NCBI GenBank assembly: GCA_051294375.1
Contig: CM119268.1
Location: forward strand, 795,218 to 859,217
Origin: Paraspadella gotoi
Lineage: Eukaryota; Animalia; Chaetognatha
Length of the DNA: 64,000 nucleotides
Direction of reading: 5' to 3'
The position numbers were made by a program, and so were the translations under genes. This document shows positions 63,301-64,000 of this stretch, one piece after another. Numbering within the stretch: the stretch's first letter is position 1; each line of letters starts with the position of its first letter. The notes below the pieces were generated by a model. That model searched no databases, was not told the DNA's origin, and saw nothing but the letters and a program-made list of their open reading frames with translations.

Positions 63301-63687
63301 AACGAAGTATAGCGGACCCCTGCTGTTTAGTTATTGAAACATATCTATTAATACCGTTTAATTAATTCCGTTTCATTTGAAAATGCCGTTCCATGTCCAC
63401 AAATGACATTCTCGTTTGGCAATGACATTCTTTATCCAAATATCATTAGTACTCTCTCCGTAAAATGCCTTTTTGGAGAATGCGGTTCTTTTTTTCTAAA
63501 AATAAGTTGTTTTTTTTGTTTGTTTTTTTAAGTCAATACTTTTCTCAGAAATACGAATTACTTTTCTCAGAAATGCGAATTACCTTTCTCAGAAATGCGA
63601 TGGCGGCGACGGGCGGATTCGGTAACAACGTGATGGGGAATCTCGCCGCCAATTTGGCCGGTCACATGATGAGCTCTTTCGCTTCGG
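50922..63687 (+). CDS. NOVA: NOVA/Pasilla KH-domain splicing regulator (3' part beyond the window)
   Basis: Exons 50922-50964, 51305-51394 (DSRKRPLE...KRSH NLS), 61120-61260 plus 61356-61525 (KH1: [50 protein letters not shown]), 61897-62050 plus 62509-62640 (KH2: [18 protein letters not shown]...LQERCIT...[14 protein letters not shown]...ANPT), ~63138-63273 (GSPYA) and ~63593-63687. Confidence 0.96.
51582..55537. repeat. ~1.97-kb direct tandem duplication in NOVA intron 2
   Basis: 51582-~53553 is nearly identical to ~53554-55537; differences are mostly homopolymer indels. Confidence 0.92.
54415..55576. mobile_element. Tc1/mariner-type non-autonomous DNA transposon (right-truncated duplicate from 52447)
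   Basis: TIR CAGTCCTGTGCAAAA.AAAGAGGA / TCCTCTTTATTTTGCACAGGACTG with flanking TA. Confidence 0.85.
55718..55945 (-). mobile_element. SINE family A, copy 3 (fragments also at ~22757-22812 and ~47140-47160)
   Basis: High similarity to 30156-30387. Confidence 0.75.
57180..57330 (+). promoter_or_regulatory. Candidate internal/alternative NOVA promoter
   Basis: CpG-rich island with a TGACGTCA CRE (57182), two CCAAT boxes (~57218, ~57247) and GACGTCAC (~57300), followed by a GA-rich leader. Confidence 0.45.
58070..58492. repeat. 17-bp minisatellite (CTAATCCTTATTCTTCT)
   Basis: About 24 tandem copies. Confidence 0.92.
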
Positions 63688-64000
63688 GTGAGTTTCTCTT
63701 GTCAACGAACGCAACTCTCGAAATCGGCTCCGTTTATGGTGAGTTAATGATTGGGCCAAGTGATTACCTTTAAAAGATGATCTTGTGTTAGAGAGACGTT
63801 CCTTCAACAACCTCTGCTTTTCTCTAGTGCCTTCAAATGAGCTCAGGGTCGGCAATAAATGAAAAAAAAAAAGCTTCCCGCCCAGTTTTGACTCGTTGCC
63901 TCCGGCGAGAGTTTCTTAACAATGGGCGCGCGGCAGAAACCCGATTGTCGACTTAATTTGGTCACGCGGCCTCGATCCCTACTGGGCGCCTTTATTTTCC

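Overview
Eukaryotic, AT-rich, intron-containing invertebrate (metazoan) genomic DNA from a draft assembly (three N gaps, scattered 1-bp indels). Five spliced genes can be read: a DUF229 (alkaline-phosphatase/sulfatase-superfamily) type II membrane protein (+, 8464-16479), which also has an inverted head-to-head paralogue on the minus strand; an SLC16/monocarboxylate-transporter-like MFS gene (-, 19597-23490); an EB1/MAPRE gene (-, 27145-30917); a large chromatin protein joining an AT-hook, two PHD fingers and a POGZ/ZNF280/Row-type zinc-finger cluster (+, 36620-~49200); and a NOVA/Pasilla KH-domain gene (+, from 50922, running off the window). The first 15.4 kb is a giant imperfect palindrome. 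Introns and intergenic DNA hold tRNA-derived SINEs, Tc1/mariner-type MITEs, Helentron/DINE-like elements, a Gypsy integrase relic, Penelope-like fragments carrying minimal hammerhead ribozymes, a structured repeat with covarying stems, and many mini/microsatellites. All gene models were assembled by eye from splice signals and remembered family motifs; no searches were run.
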